Part shown: positions 11,301-24,542 of the stretch, piece by piece
Layout: each line of letters begins with the position of its first letter
Position numbering within the stretch: the first letter of the stretch is position 1
DNA from: Balanoglossus misakiensis
Lineage: Eukaryota > Animalia > Hemichordata
DNA length: 64,000 bases
Reading direction: 5' to 3'
NCBI GenBank assembly: GCA_040954595.2
Contig: CM082584.2
Span: 10,754,552-10,818,551 of the forward strand
Position numbers and translations under genes: made by a program
Notes under the pieces: generated by a model
Database searches by the model: none
The model's input: only the letters and a program-made list of their open reading frames with translations
Told to the model about the DNA's origin: nothing

Positions 11301-14300
11301 CAAATAGCATGTCGATCAACAAATGATAGAAAAAAAGTTGTTTTTACCACAGACTGTTGAAAAGTCTATGTTTTTACTGAACTCAAATGGTGAAATGTTT
11401 AACAAAGTCTCAGTAAATCCATAGAAAGTAGTGTATATGATCCATATTTAATCTCGACCTAAGGTGCTGTGTTGGAAAATTATCGTTCCAAATATCAATA
11501 TTATTGACAGGTCAGTTGTAATGTACATACGTGTACATGTACAAACAGTTGAGAAATCTGACAAGCCATAAAATTGTTATCAAAAAATTCAGGGAAAAAA
11601 TCAATTAGAGTGGTTGAAAATGACACATACTATAGATTTTCAGAATAATTGACACAATAACCTGGTTTCATTTCACTGGTTCTCAAATGAGTACTTTGCC
11701 TGGTTGTTTTATGAGCTGGTGACATTTTTCTCTGAATGCTAAATAGGAAACACACCCTTGGAGGAAACTTCAAGCTCGACCAATAAATACTGATGAAATG
11801 AGAGACGGAATAACCAATAAGCCTTTTTTTCAGAGAGGTACGATAAACGCACACACCTCCAGGGGAAACAGCTGATGATCGAATAAAACCTTTTCACTGA
11901 ACCCTTTTCCTGTTCAGATTAGGAGAAATGAGATCTGTGATGGTTTTCTCATGCTCCGAACTCTACAAATAAATAAGAATGATTGGAAAGGATTGAAAAG
12001 TAGTGCATTTGTTTCTGGATGAGAATTACAATTGACATAACAGATTGTTGTGCTTTATACGTACAATCCATCTGCAGTTTATTATCAACAGTTCTAGGTT
12101 TCTGATGCAGGTGTTTTTAGTACTAAAGTCGTGACTGCCGCTTTTTACATTACAGACTATTTTTAAGATCAAGAAAACAATCTAATGTGTGTATGTCTAA
12201 TGTGTGTACCGGTATATGCATACACAAGCGGGAACTATGTCATTGACAATGACCATGTTTAAATTTAAAATGGTTTAAATTTTATACTCTGATAAAATAA
12301 TATGATCTGTAATTTGTTTTACAATCAGGAATTGTTGAAATTTGTGTCTTAACAAGAAGTATATGAATAAAAACTTTCTGACTCTGATTTGAGTGAGTGT
12401 TGTAGAGATCCAACGTTTAATTAAGTGCATAGATGACAAATGATGTCCCTAACATTTCTAATTTCCAAAACGTCAAAATAGATTGTGAACATTGTCATCC
12501 AATGTAAGGTCATATTACGATATGAAAAATTCAACTGTCATGCAGGCATGCCAGGAAATTGGTTTGTTAAATACTCACACAAAATTAATGATGGAATTTT
12601 TTCCATGGCAACAGGGTGGTTATTTATTAAAGAAGAGATGAAAGCACTAAAGTGGAGACTCAGGTTTACTTGGAATTCAAATTGTTTTTTTGAGGCTAAG
12701 TTGCGGCCCCCTGGCTACAAGTCAGATCTGTTGGCTGAGTGGTTTTGTGCGCTAGTCTGCAATATTGTCTGTGTCAGCAGTTTCAATGGACTGTGTAATA
12801 CATGAACACGTACAGAAGAATCACAATTTATGCATGATTTAGGAGAGTGGGTGGAATTCTCAAACCAGACTTTTAACTTCTTGTAAACATATTTATAACT
12901 CAAAATTTAATATTCACATTCGATGAATTTTCCCTGCATTTTTGAATTTATTTGTCCAACAGAAGGAGGCAAGTTTGATGATAAGCAGCTATTTCATTTA
13001 ATCGACAGCATGTATGAATTTACTGTCTCCAGCCCATTAATTATTAACAAAACCTTGGATAGGAGAAAACTATTCATCGGTTCTCTAGCAATAGCAGTAT
13101 ATGTGTTATCAAGTGCATGGGACAATTTCTTATCACAAGCTCATTTCCTAATGAACTAACTTTTGAATCTCAGAAGGCCTGATCATTGGGTTGTAGAAGA
13201 TGAATTCTGAAGAATTTGCAAAGATTTATGATGCCTTGTGGTATCATGCTATTCTTTTAACTGTCCTTTGAGATTGATATTTCTTGATGATATCATAAGT
13301 CATTCGATCATAAATTTCAAGGGAGCTGATTTTCTCATGGTGAAAAATGTATTTTTATAACAGCATTTTGCATGCATGCTTAATAATGATAAAACTCTGC
13401 AGTGATAAAGCATTCATGAATAAGCAATAATGCTTTGTTAACTGGATATGGACAGATGTGTTCAGGAAATAACTACCTGTTAACGTCACAATTTTCCCTT
13501 TTTCAAATTTCAAAAAGCAGATATACTTCATCATTGTATATATACAGCTTCACCATTGGGAAGCAACATCCTCGCACTAAAACCTGCCATTGTCTCTCTA
13601 CAAATGAAACTGATGAACTTAGCACAGCTATTCTCCAGTGGTTCAGATCGCCATGACAACCTAATCCATAGCGGAGAGGATAGACTCTCCATTTTCTGTG
13701 CTCTTTTTCTTTTCTTCTGGAGACTTGTAAATTGCCTAAAGATAAACTTAAGATTACTGTGAACTACTGTAACTTGTAAATGGATATTTTAGAAATGGAT
13801 GAAAGGCAGGTATGAAATTGAAGATTAGGCCGTTTCCTGCTGTGTGATGTCAGGATAGTTATACAATTTCAATGCGCTATTTATTCACTTAGATACTTAT
13901 ACTCCTCAGATTTTACATAGAGCCAGTTGCGGCTGTCTGTCTTTTGATTTGCCAGAAGATAAACACGTCATTGCACAATCCCAGAACTAAAGATTAACAG
14001 AAGGTAGCAGTTGATTGTTACCTGTAAAGAATTGCCATCTTTACAGAGTTTAGATATTTGGCACCTGAATCAGTGTGTATAAATTTCAGTTGTCAGTTCT
14101 AAGCGCCTTTGCAGTTCGAACGTCTGGCATCCTTGTTGGTACAGGTTTATACACTTATCTTACCACACACGTATCTGTTTCTTTTAGCTTTCAATATGAA
14201 AACATTCCCTCTTATGCTGAAAAGCAATTCAATTTCTACTCAGAGTAGATAATCCCTGCAGGCTATTGCAATAAAGTGAAGGATAGATATTAATCTGAAT

Positions 14301-17026
14301 ATTTGGAGTTTGTTTGGAGGCATGTATGTATTATTGACTGGAAACATGTACGCAGTTATCGGTAGGAGAGCAATGGTGACCCCTTTGCTTGATGTCAGAA
14401 TGACACATAGTCACCTTGCCTGAGGCTGCATAATCTCACACAATGCACTCAGGTATTTATTTGTTGCCTGTTTCTCAGAAATATATTCCTCAATTTTTTT
14501 TTAGAAAAGAGCAGACAAAGATGAAGATTTTTAGTTTGAAGTAGCCAAGCTCATGTGTGTTTTGCAGTATTTGAAAATGGGATGAGGACAGATCTGCCCA
14601 TTTGTTTCAGCTTACAAGATCCATGATGCTGTTCAAATTTGTGGAAGCTACGGTTTTGAAGACTATATTCCACTGACATCTATTAGTCTAGCTAACCTCG
14701 CTTCAAGCTGCCCTCAAAAAAAAAGAAAAAGAAGATCAAATGGAAGACAGAAAGAACTCGTTTTGCCTCGGAGATATTTAGGGCCCTTGTGTGGCGTCGA
14801 CAGAATACCATAAACAGGAGTGTTTCTCGCAGCAGATTTCCTCCTTACATACATGTATGTTTAATCCTCCTAATGGATTTCTCAGTGTCGAAGGTTTTCA
14901 GGTATTCGCATCTTAAAACAAGAAAACTGATCAGATGAAAGATATGATGGGTGGTATATTTGCTACACTGAGAAAACTGTGAATTGGAAATATGTAAATG
15001 ATACGTTTCCTGGTTTCTTAGTATCTAGATTGAAATCAACACTCTGTCATTCCGACTAGCAACTCATTACGACCCAAGGCCTAACGTCTTGAATAAGACA
15101 ATTAACATACAGCTTGGTGACAAGTGTGATCATTTGCTCCTGCAACGAAGATCTCACCCGACGTCTGCATGAGTCAGCGTTAATGATTTGAATTCTGGGT
15201 AAATCTGTCTGAATTCACTCTAAACCGTGGAGAGCATTCTCCGTTAAGGTGACCTTTTCAAACTGAAAATCGTCTTGATGAGGACGTTATAAACTGATGA
15301 TCAATACCAATCTGTTGGGTCATCACTTTGCAAGTCAATCAAATTGGTGTTTTTTTTCCCAGCGCTTTTGCGTAAATGTGTGTTTTAACGATACTACTTG
15401 GGAATTTACTTCAAAATTACTATCATGAAACATCGACTACAATTCCTAAGCAGAAAATATACTATTTTTGCCGCAAATGGATTACTTCCACTAATCCAGT
15501 ACAATCCAGTACATATAAAACCAGGAATACACGTATTCATATGTACGTGTATGTGCACTCAACCGCATGTATCCATTACCATGTGATTTCCTCAAGCATA
15601 TGTTTTTCCATGAAACATTTATACACGGTTTGATTCTAGAGTAGGCCCATTGAGATATTAAAACTGCATGCTTGCATGGACTAGCAGTGCCTATTACATT
15701 TAAAATATAAACATCAAATCATCTACACTGGATTTGATTTGCAAAAGTTCGGTAATACTTGACTGTAATGGGTTTGGGAAAGTTTAACAGCCTTTTATAA
15801 ACTAATGCATACTCTGCATATTAGCAAAGCAATTTATATCTATAGATTTTGAAGTATTATTTCCATATCAATTTCCATTTATCATGTTCTGTGTACCCAA
15901 CCTGTGAACCTACCTTGGCTAATGAGCTTTGAAAGCAAGCAGATGAATTATGGCAGACAGAAGCACTTGAAAATCACTTGTCTTTGTTTTTCTGTGCAAC
16001 TGATTTTCCCACAACAAGGAAAATTTGGGTTCCACTGTTATTTTAACCATTAATACTGTGTGAATCAAAAATTAATAATGAAATCATAAGAATGCTATAT
16101 CAATATTTGTTGGGTTGGATTTTATGGGACTCTATATATAGCATTTACCCTGATGTGTTAAATAGCTGCTATTTAAGATTGCACTGGTAGTTGTGAATTC
16201 AGTGCGAGTATACTTTAATGAGGTCAGAACGGCTGAGAAACTTGTGCAGGCCAACTGTGTATAAAAGCTGTGTCTACAGGACAGTGTTGTTTGCCATCCG
16301 CCACTTCATGGATAAAACGTCCATCAGAGTATTTAGCGATGCAGCGAACACGGCGAACAAAATACTGATTACCGCTCAAACAGATATTGCCTCGGGTAAA
16401 ATTCGATCCCACGGGGTTCGGCGTTCAGCCGGTAAATGCCAGCGTACCGAGAATCACAGCGATCTGGTTTCTGTTCACGGACGGCCAAATAATGATGGCT
16501 ACGGCTCGTGCATACTTCACGGGGCGAAAATTACGTCTGCACGCGTGTAACAGTATGCGAGAAAACCAATTTCAGATAAGGCTCTCGAGTAAGAACAGCT
16601 TCTGTAGACAGGGAATTATCTTTACAGGCGTATAAAGAGATGCTTTTGTGGTTTCCAGCAGAGGGGCTCAGAGTTTGGTTCTATTCAGCACACATGACTA
16701 CCTGTTGATTGCCTTTTCAGGGTCGGATTCCATTTCAGATTATTTGGAATCCCGTCAGCTTAAAAAGTGTTTTTTTTTTGCAAAAATGACCTCATTGTTA
16801 AATTCAGTTGGGAAAAGAGTTTTGGACTAATATCATTATTTCTATTTTTCGCAGCGAGCTGAAGACCATGTACAACGTCAAGTCTATTCCTAAGTTGGTT
16901 GTCATCAAGGAAAACGGAGAAGTGATCACGGATCAAGGAAGGAAGGAAGTCCAAGACAGAGGGGTGCACTGCTTCAAGAACTGGGTCCAAGTGGCAAATA
17001 TTATACAGAATTTCACTGCTGACTAA
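8383..17026 (+). CDS. NXNL2: Nucleoredoxin-like protein 2 (tryparedoxin-like thioredoxin fold), 153 aa, 2 coding exons
   Basis: Exons 8383-8672 and 16855-17026 (phase-2 intron, 8.2 kb): MDIFSGKTL...ALYFSASWCPPCKQFTPLL...FEVVFVSSD...LPFGDPFI/SELKTMYNVKSIPKLVVIKENGEVITDQGRKEV...CFKNWVQVANIIQNF. Two-exon layout and C-terminus match the NXNL1/NXNL2 family. Confidence 0.88.
9985..10040. repeat. (CT)/(CTGT)n microsatellite
   Basis: Visible ctgt tandem run in the NXNL2 intron. Confidence 0.85.
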
Positions 17027-17629
17027 ACAGTAACAATATTGGGATGTGCGTGCACTTTGCCGCATCCATGACTGAAACCTGACCACCCCCGGGATTGCCT
17101 GACTGTTTCAGTGGTCCTGTTGGTTTTCTTTGGTTGAATTGATGGGTCGTACCACACAGAGCTTGGAACAGGTGACTTCTGCTGTCACTAATGCTCAGTG
17201 ATGCTAGTTTGAATGTTCCACCAATTACATATTTTCAAATGAAATACTTCATTGGGCTTTGGTTCAATAAGTAACATGATTAAATCAATTCAAAAACCTG
17301 TCTGTATCAATCTGCTCATCCACGAATGAAAACTGTAGAAATCCTGACAGTGGATGTTTCACATTTTGTGTCTTCAAAATATTGTCTAGTCTATAATTGA
17401 TGGTTACAGGCTGAAAGACATAAGAAAACCCCACCCTCTTCTTTCTATTTAATTCAGCAACACCTTATCAGATACAGCAATTTACTACATGTATATATTT
17501 TTATTCTGACTTGAAGTTGCAGAACCCTCTATGTGTTTCAACAAACCGAAAAGGTATACATTCCAAAAATCGTGTTGTAGCGTATGAAAATCATAGATCA
17601 CAACATGAGCTGGTCTCTTCTTTCATTAA

Positions 17630-17691
17630 CCCTTTCACCACTATGGTTCAGTCCAAACCCATTGTTTTCTATGGCAGAGGAGTTGACAGGG
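17630..17691. mobile_element. Short piggyBac-like MITE remnant (CCCT...AGGG ends); related partial copy near 39716-39755
   Basis: TTAA at 17626-17629, CCCTTTCA start, TGACAGGG end with degenerate 3' target site; the 5' half resembles 39716-39755. Confidence 0.4.
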
Positions 17692-18883
17692 TAATATTTA
17701 GTGATCTGTAAAACTCATGTTCTTTGAATTGTCATTAATTGATTGAACAGACTTTGATAATTTTACCAATATCAAGAGAGCTATTTCTAGGTGCAGGCAA
17801 TGAGAATTTTAAGCAATTTCTTTGCATGAAAACAAGATTTTTAATGTAATGTATATGTTGGTATCAATAATAATGCTCATGTCAAGATGGATGATGTAAT
17901 TTTAAGGAGTGTAAAATCTAGTCTGGAGTTTTGTAAAGGCATAATGAAATAAAATCATGATTTGCAGAAAGGAAAAAAGGAAACACCTTTGTTTAAGAGA
18001 CATGGCTGATGCGGTAGATTCTGAAACTGATTAATTTCACAAGTACATTTCGGATGTTCCCTCGGGACATGTTAAAGTCCAAGACTAATGAATATGGTAC
18101 GGAGGGATTCTATCAGCAACTTCTGCACATAAACATGATGCATCAGGCGCATTCTTACCATATCCCAGATCATTTTGTCAGATATTTGATAGGACGGTGC
18201 GCCCCAATTATTGCAAAATATTTACTCTACACGTGTGCGACTGATTTTGTATGATGAGATGCGTCGCATTGATTGCTTGCCATGGACAAGATCATAACAC
18301 GCTCTGATATTCTGTTTTGTATCTTGATACTAAAGATGCTATCTCCCTCCCACTGGTCAGATAAAGCTTATCGTTTACTTCCATCTTTCTTTGCACGGAA
18401 ACACAGAACCAGAAATGCACACATTCATCAGCGATAACTGATCCCAAATGGAGTATCAGAGAGAAAAAAAATTTCCACAGAGAGGTTGTCACAGTAACAA
18501 ATATTTGAAATGTCAGCTGCACGCATCAGTAAAAGATTGCAAAAATGGCTGCCTGCATGATTTCACTCCCTCAGATTGACAGCAGCCTTGAAGGACGGTG
18601 CTGTCACCATGGTGATGGACGTCCCACTCTCCACTTGCACAGAGGATAAATGGTATAGGAGTGAACATTACAATATGTCTTCATCGACAAACCGTATTAG
18701 ATTGGCCCTATCACCTCCTATATATAAAATAGCCCCGAATACTGCAAAGTAATATAACCCCATGTTTTAAGAATTAAGTTGTCACTAGACTGAATATTAG
18801 AAAAATCTATTTCCACATGAATAATTTGTTATCCTTGTAGGCTTTCTACATGCAAGCAAAGACTGCAGTATTTGGATATATAA

Positions 18884-19121
18884 GAGACTGTTCAGAATTT
18901 ACTTCCGGGGGGTAGAGGATTTTCACCCATTTTCCCCAAGAAAAATTAAGGGGGACCAGACATAACAATCACAATCCTTAAGGGGGAACATGGAAAACCC
19001 CGGGAAATTTAAGGGGGAACCACAGATTGCCTCCACAATTTAATAGGGGACCATGGAAAAAATCACCAGGAATATAAAAAATCTTCCGGCCTCACCCTGG
19101 AAGTAAATTCTGAACAGTCCC
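18884..19121. mobile_element. PIF/Harbinger-type MITE
   Basis: Perfect 21-bp inverted repeat GACTGTTCAGAATTTACTTCC (18886-18906) / GGAAGTAAATTCTGAACAGTC (19099-19119); TAA on both sides (18881-18883, 19122-19124); internal ttaaggggg subrepeats; no ORF. Confidence 0.8.
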
Positions 19122-22100
19122 TAAGTTGGCAATTAAATATTTAAGAAAGTGTGAAATAATTCACAGATTAACATCTCAGACATGCACACATGTCCAGCAG
19201 GTTTCAGTGGTTACATTTCCAGTGTCAAAAAGAGGTAAAAGCGAGAGCCAGGATTGAAAGCCGCCCCTTTAAGGTACATTGGTGCAGTAATCCCTGCAGA
19301 TTTGGCGTTTGCCAATATTCCATGTTAACGCCGCAGAAGTTAACCCTGTATTTCTCAGTGCAATGGGGCCTGAGAACAAAAACAGCATCTTTCGTTCTAA
19401 TTGGCGTGATATTCACACACCTAGGGCAAAAAGCTACATGAACCATAAGGCAAGCATCCGAGCAAAAGCTGTGCAATGGGTTTGGTGTGAATTTAATTTG
19501 CCTGGAGAACTCGTTTCGCTCTGCGGAGCACAAAGTGTCTTATAACATCGGTAATTATTTTCCCACTCAGTTGTGCTTTACTTTTTAACGTCAAATGTAA
19601 TTGAAACAAATGATTAGTGCAAGGCCCTACAGTAACGTTATGTACACGCGCCATTGACCACAGTCTCACCACATTGATATAATTCAGACCAAATTAAAAA
19701 GTTACTTTGTCTTCCACAGAGTTCAAGACTCGGGTAAAATTGAAACAGACACATTTATCGTAGTCTAAGCAGTTAATCTATAGACAATTTAAGCTCCAAC
19801 TTCAAAGAAACTGTAAGCTAGTGACAAAAGGTTTTCCCCTTCTTGGAAGATACATTGCACTCTGACCAAAACTTTTAAGAGTCGTGCTTAACACAGTGGG
19901 ACTTTAAAAATATGTTAAGCAAAGTCACATTGACGGTCTGTTCCGAAGGGAAACTGAGTTAAATTTACAACTAATGGAGGTTTTTAAAAGTTGAATTAGT
20001 CATTCGGAGCCTCTGACAGGGCAACAATAAAGTCAGCTTTTATTTAAAGAGGACAGGGTGATATATAACTTTGGCAATGATTAAATAGGTCTTGATTTAT
20101 ACATATTGGGCACAATTGACCTTTTTACACTATTACTAGTTTGTAATCAACTTGGCAATAAGTCTGACGAGTCATCATTCAAAGAGCCCATGGGATTTGT
20201 CATCTAATGGCGATGATAGTGTAGCGGGGATATCAATAGACCATTTTCCGAACTCCGCGAGACCCTGCGAGATCTCGGCAGTTTGTATATGGGCATGGGA
20301 CATACAGCACATGACCCATCATGTTAAACGGCACAGTAGTTACATTTTTTGTTCAATCGGGGACAATGTTGAATCATGTGTTTTCGTGCGTTTGTTCCAG
20401 GAGATAAATCATAAACGTGAATACACGACAAACCCCAAGAAATCCCTAAGACATTTGCCTCCATGACATCGCGCTAATGAATCAAACAAATCGTCTTAGA
20501 AGGATCTCCTTTGCAAGATGACAGAGTGTGTTAAAATTCGCACGTTTACAAAGCATCCACTCACGGGGCTAGGTGTGACCATGAATGACGTCATATTTCT
20601 CCACTTTCTCCAACTAAAAGCAACACTGACGTTATAACTCTTGTGTTCTTTGCCATTCCATAGAAGAAGTGTCGTCAAATAGTAGACAATTTGGCTGTGT
20701 GTTCGATGGAGAATTGATGATTGTGTGTTCGTATAGCTTTCAAAACGTTAGTAAACTGACACGGCCGTTCTGTTACCTACACCACCTTCAATTATTGATA
20801 GTCCATACTCTGCACTTATACCATTGCGACGACAAATATATGGAGTACTCTTATATTCGTCTCGCGGGATAATGGCAAGAAGACTTTCTTGAAGTAAAAT
20901 GGTGAATACCCCGTGTCTTTGCGCGTGACAAATCAAACCCGCACAAACTGTAATATAACGATCAACTGTTCAGTTTTCTGGAATCTGTCAGAGTTATGAA
21001 AAATAATATCAATGCCCCCGCCTTAAATGTCAACGTCGGGTATTCGCTGTTGCAACCACAGCTTTTTACAAAAAGACAGAGTAATATGCTCGTTGCACAA
21101 ATTGCCCTTCGCTCGAAAATTCACGTCTCAGTGTTGAGCGTCCAATTTCGTTAGCATGCGCCGACGACTGATTGTGGCAACCAATATTTGCACAATATAT
21201 ATGTATGTGCATTTTTCCATGGATCTGGTGTACGGTTAAATTGCTCATCGGAGTGCGAAACATGATTTGGGTGGGAGAAGTAGCTACATTATTGAACAGC
21301 TGCCTCGCCGAACACGAAATAGCCTCTGGTATCGGCGCGAACGGACACACAGTCTGCACAACCTTGGCGTCAGTTTTCTAGAATTTGGATCAAGAATCTT
21401 TCTGAAATGCGTGCTAAAGCAGTGTAGGAAAGATGATCAGGATTTGTGTTTAGATGAAAATACGAAGAAACCACTTTCTCCAATATATTTTAAGAGTGCG
21501 TAAATTTTCCTCAAATCTAATAGTTGGTAAAGCCCCAATGGGCCGAATAAATGCATGCTTTCTCGGTTTCTCTGTTCTTAAAACGTACCACACCTATGTA
21601 AAGATCAATAAAAAGTGTTTTTAAAAGCCATTATCCAACACTGCAGCACGAACCGTTATTCCCTGATTTATTATTTGCAATTATACGTTAAACATGTTTA
21701 TTACCTTTCAGAGAACGAATGCCAGACTTTTACATTGGACGCTCAGTGGGAAACACGACGCAATTGGAAATTCCAGATACATGTCGGACAGACATTTACA
21801 ATGCAATAAGCGAGTGAACGTCGGTCGTTTATCTCGGAGTCAACACCCGAATACTCCAATTACTTTCGTCGCCAAACGGATACGCATATTAAAGGCACCC
21901 AGTCAACTGTATAAATCTAGCCACTGATAATAGATTAAACTGGATTTTCACTTGGTGCCGGGCCAAAAAACGGCGCCACCACACGGTCACGAGAAATTGG
22001 ATGCGACTGTGCACACACTTCGGTCATAAAGGTGCTCCAAACCACCCCACATCCAGCAACAGGAAAGCTTGATTCTCTATCTCGTTTTCAAGAGCTTAAA

Positions 22101-22790
22101 AGTAGCATTTATCTGACAGAATTCGCAGAATATTTGGTGAAGGGGCCATGTCGACAAAAGCTCGCCAGTAACTGGAAAAAAATAAGTTATAAGTCCCTTT
22201 CCTTTCTGCGCTCTTCACTAAAATCCAAGTGTGCGCATTAATGAACATTTCTGACGTCTTCGGCCGTACGCGAATAGGTCACGTGGGTATCCGGTGAAAT
22301 ATGACGTTCGTTTTCTGTCGATAATCGCGGCTGATGCATTACATGAAATTTGCATTTGAAATTAGGCCGGCGAATCCACTCCCAGTTATCGTAGTCGTCA
22401 CTCGCCGCTGTGCTGTTTTTCAAACCTGCTTTATTGACACTCCGATAGTAGATCTGTCGGTCAGGGATATTTTGTTTCTGCAAAGCCGCGCGCCGACGTT
22501 GTGGGCAGGTATTTACACTAGACGCAGGTGATGTCCATGTGAAGGAATATGACATGACTGTCATGTTTGGATTTGTGGATTGTTCAAAGCTGCGCTGACT
22601 GTTGTGTTGACTTATTGACATCCAATAACATTTTCTTCCAAGTGATCTTTAGACCTTGGTATACGGCAGACCAAACATGGCGGTCCCCAGGACTCAGGGA
22701 CGGCAGACTTTGGAAGAGGCGACGCGTTGATGTTTCGTGTTTAAAATTTTCCTTAAGCTAAGGCATGATCCTCACGAAGAAGACAACACA

Positions 22791-24542
22791 ATGGCAACTT
22801 TGAAAGTATTGGTGTGGATTGTTCTAATAGGCGCAACGGCGATCCCGCCGCGGATATCGGAAGCTGACGGAGCGAGCTGTCCTTCGAGTTGTACGTGCAC
22901 GAAGTCGACGGGTCGGAAGCACACGGAAGCCAGGTGCGTCAATCTCCACGGCCTCTCCGCCAGCGTGCGCGCGCTACCAGCGGACACGGTGAAACTGACG
23001 TTGGTTTCGCTGAAGCTGACAACGCTGCCGTCAGACGCGTTTTTCTTCGCCCCGCCGTTGGAAACCATTCGCATGGACGGCAATAACATCGAGCAGGTGG
23101 ATCAAGGTGCCTTTGACGGTCTCTCAAAGTTGAACCATCTCAACCTGAGCAGAAATTCAGTAGAGTCGCTCCAAAGCGGGGATCTTCTCGGGTTGTCGGC
23201 TCTCGAAACGTTGGACCTGAGCGAAAACGGATTAGCCGATTTGGGATCGCCGCAGGTTTGGGCGGACGTGCCGGTTTTACGGTACTTGTATCTCGACGGC
23301 AACCGCCTTTCCAGCCTACAGTCCGGCATTTTCATTGAATTGAAAAAACTGTTGAAGTTATCAGTGGCGAGAAACAATCTATGTCAGATTGGTGACACGG
23401 CGTTTAAAGGTTTGTCGAAACTGAACACACTGTTTTTGAGCCAGAACAACCTGTCGGCTATTCCATCGAAAGCGTTGAAATCTGTGGAATCGGCGCTGTT
23501 TGATAAACTGGACCTGAGTGACAATCCCATACAGAAGTTGGAAGATGACGCGTTCAACAACGATGGCTGTGAAAACCTCTCCACGCTTTATTTAGATAAT
23601 TTGGATTTGAGTCCGGCTGAGATTCAAACGCACACTTTTGTTGGTCTGAAATCACTGTCCGTGCTTTATCTTCGACGGAACGGGATACAGTCTTTGAGGA
23701 CGTCACAGTTTGCGCACCTGGCCCGGCTGAATTTCATCGCGCTTGACGGCAACCCCCTGGTGTGCGATTGCGGGATGCTGGACTTCGCCAACTACGCGGA
23801 GGTTTTCCTGGACGAGGTGACGGGAAACTGCCGCCAGCCTGTCTACCTCCGCAACCGCGCTGTCGCCGCCGTCTCGCTCTCGGAGTTCAGGTGTCGGCAG
23901 CCGATCATAAAACGCCACGCGGGGAACATGACGGTGCAAGTCGGAAACACCGCCACCGTGTGTTGCCATTCGGAGAGCTATCGGGAAGCCGTCGCCTTCT
24001 CGTGGTATTTGGACGACGGCACCGTCGTGAGCCGGGCGCCGGCGAGTTGCCTCACCAAGACGGCGATAGCGCGGAAAGACGAGGGGACGTACACGTGCGT
24101 GGCGATGACTCAGAAACTTTTCGACGAATTCACCCTATCTCTCGTCGTTCAGCCGAAAGAGTCGCCGAAAGAGCGGTCCGCAAACATGCCGCCGGACCTC
24201 ACCACTCTGGAACGGACTCATCCGGTCACCATAGCAACAGCCAGGTCGGTGGAGGACTGGAACGCCTACCACCAGCGGAATCTCATCATCATAGCGGCCG
24301 TCATCTCCACCAGCTCGGTGTTTGTCATCGCCCTCATCATGGTGTACTGCCTCCTGTGTCGCCGACAGCAGCAGCGGAGGAGGTTTGTCGACGGGATGGT
24401 CAACCGCGGTTTGCTCTCCGACGTCACCTCGGTTCCGCTCGTCGGCGAGGACTCGCTGGAACTCACGAACGAGGCCATGGAGCTTGAGCGAAGGATTGCT
24501 CTCAACACCCGACCGAGAACCACACAAACTTCTGCCGTCTAA
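22791..24542 (+). CDS. LRR-Ig-transmembrane receptor (signal peptide, LRRNT, about 11 LRRs, LRRCT, one Ig, TM, cytoplasmic tail), single coding exon
   Basis: ATG 22791 opens a hydrophobic leader MATLKVLVWIVLIG; CPSSCTC LRRNT; LxxLxLxxN repeats; NPLVCDC LRRCT; Ig motif DEGTYTCVA; TM LIIIAAVIS...IMVYCLLC; ends TSAV. Confidence 0.92.
   Translation: MATLKVLVWIVLIGATAIPPRISEADGASCPSSCTCTKSTGRKHTEARCVNLHGLSASVRALPADTVKLTLVSLKLTTLPSDAFFFAPPLETIRMDGNNIEQVDQGAFDGLSKLNHLNLSRNSVESLQSGDLLGLSALETLDLSENGLADLGSPQVWADVPVLRYLYLDGNRLSSLQSGIFIELKKLLKLSVARNNLCQIGDTAFKGLSKLNTLFLSQNNLSAIPSKALKSVESALFDKLDLSDNPIQKLEDDAFNNDGCENLSTLYLDNLDLSPAEIQTHTFVGLKSLSVLYLRRNGIQSLRTSQFAHLARLNFIALDGNPLVCDCGMLDFANYAEVFLDEVTGNCRQPVYLRNRAVAAVSLSEFRCRQPIIKRHAGNMTVQVGNTATVCCHSESYREAVAFSWYLDDGTVVSRAPASCLTKTAIARKDEGTYTCVAMTQKLFDEFTLSLVVQPKESPKERSANMPPDLTTLERTHPVTIATARSVEDWNAYHQRNLIIIAAVISTSSVFVIALIMVYCLLCRRQQQRRRFVDGMVNRGLLSDVTSVPLVGEDSLELTNEAMELERRIALNTRPRTTQTSAV

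Noticed and set aside
16180-16635. Overlapping ORFs and a small hairpin (ttgcactg...cagtgcga) in a CpG-rich patch of the NXNL2 intron
   Set aside because: No protein motifs, the hairpin is too short for a pre-miRNA, and I could not define terminal repeats; probably an unclassified repeat.
22737-22790. GTG-initiated N-terminal extensions of the LRR-Ig ORFs (also 27240-27347)
   Set aside because: Non-ATG starts from the ORF caller; the downstream ATGs give proper signal peptides.
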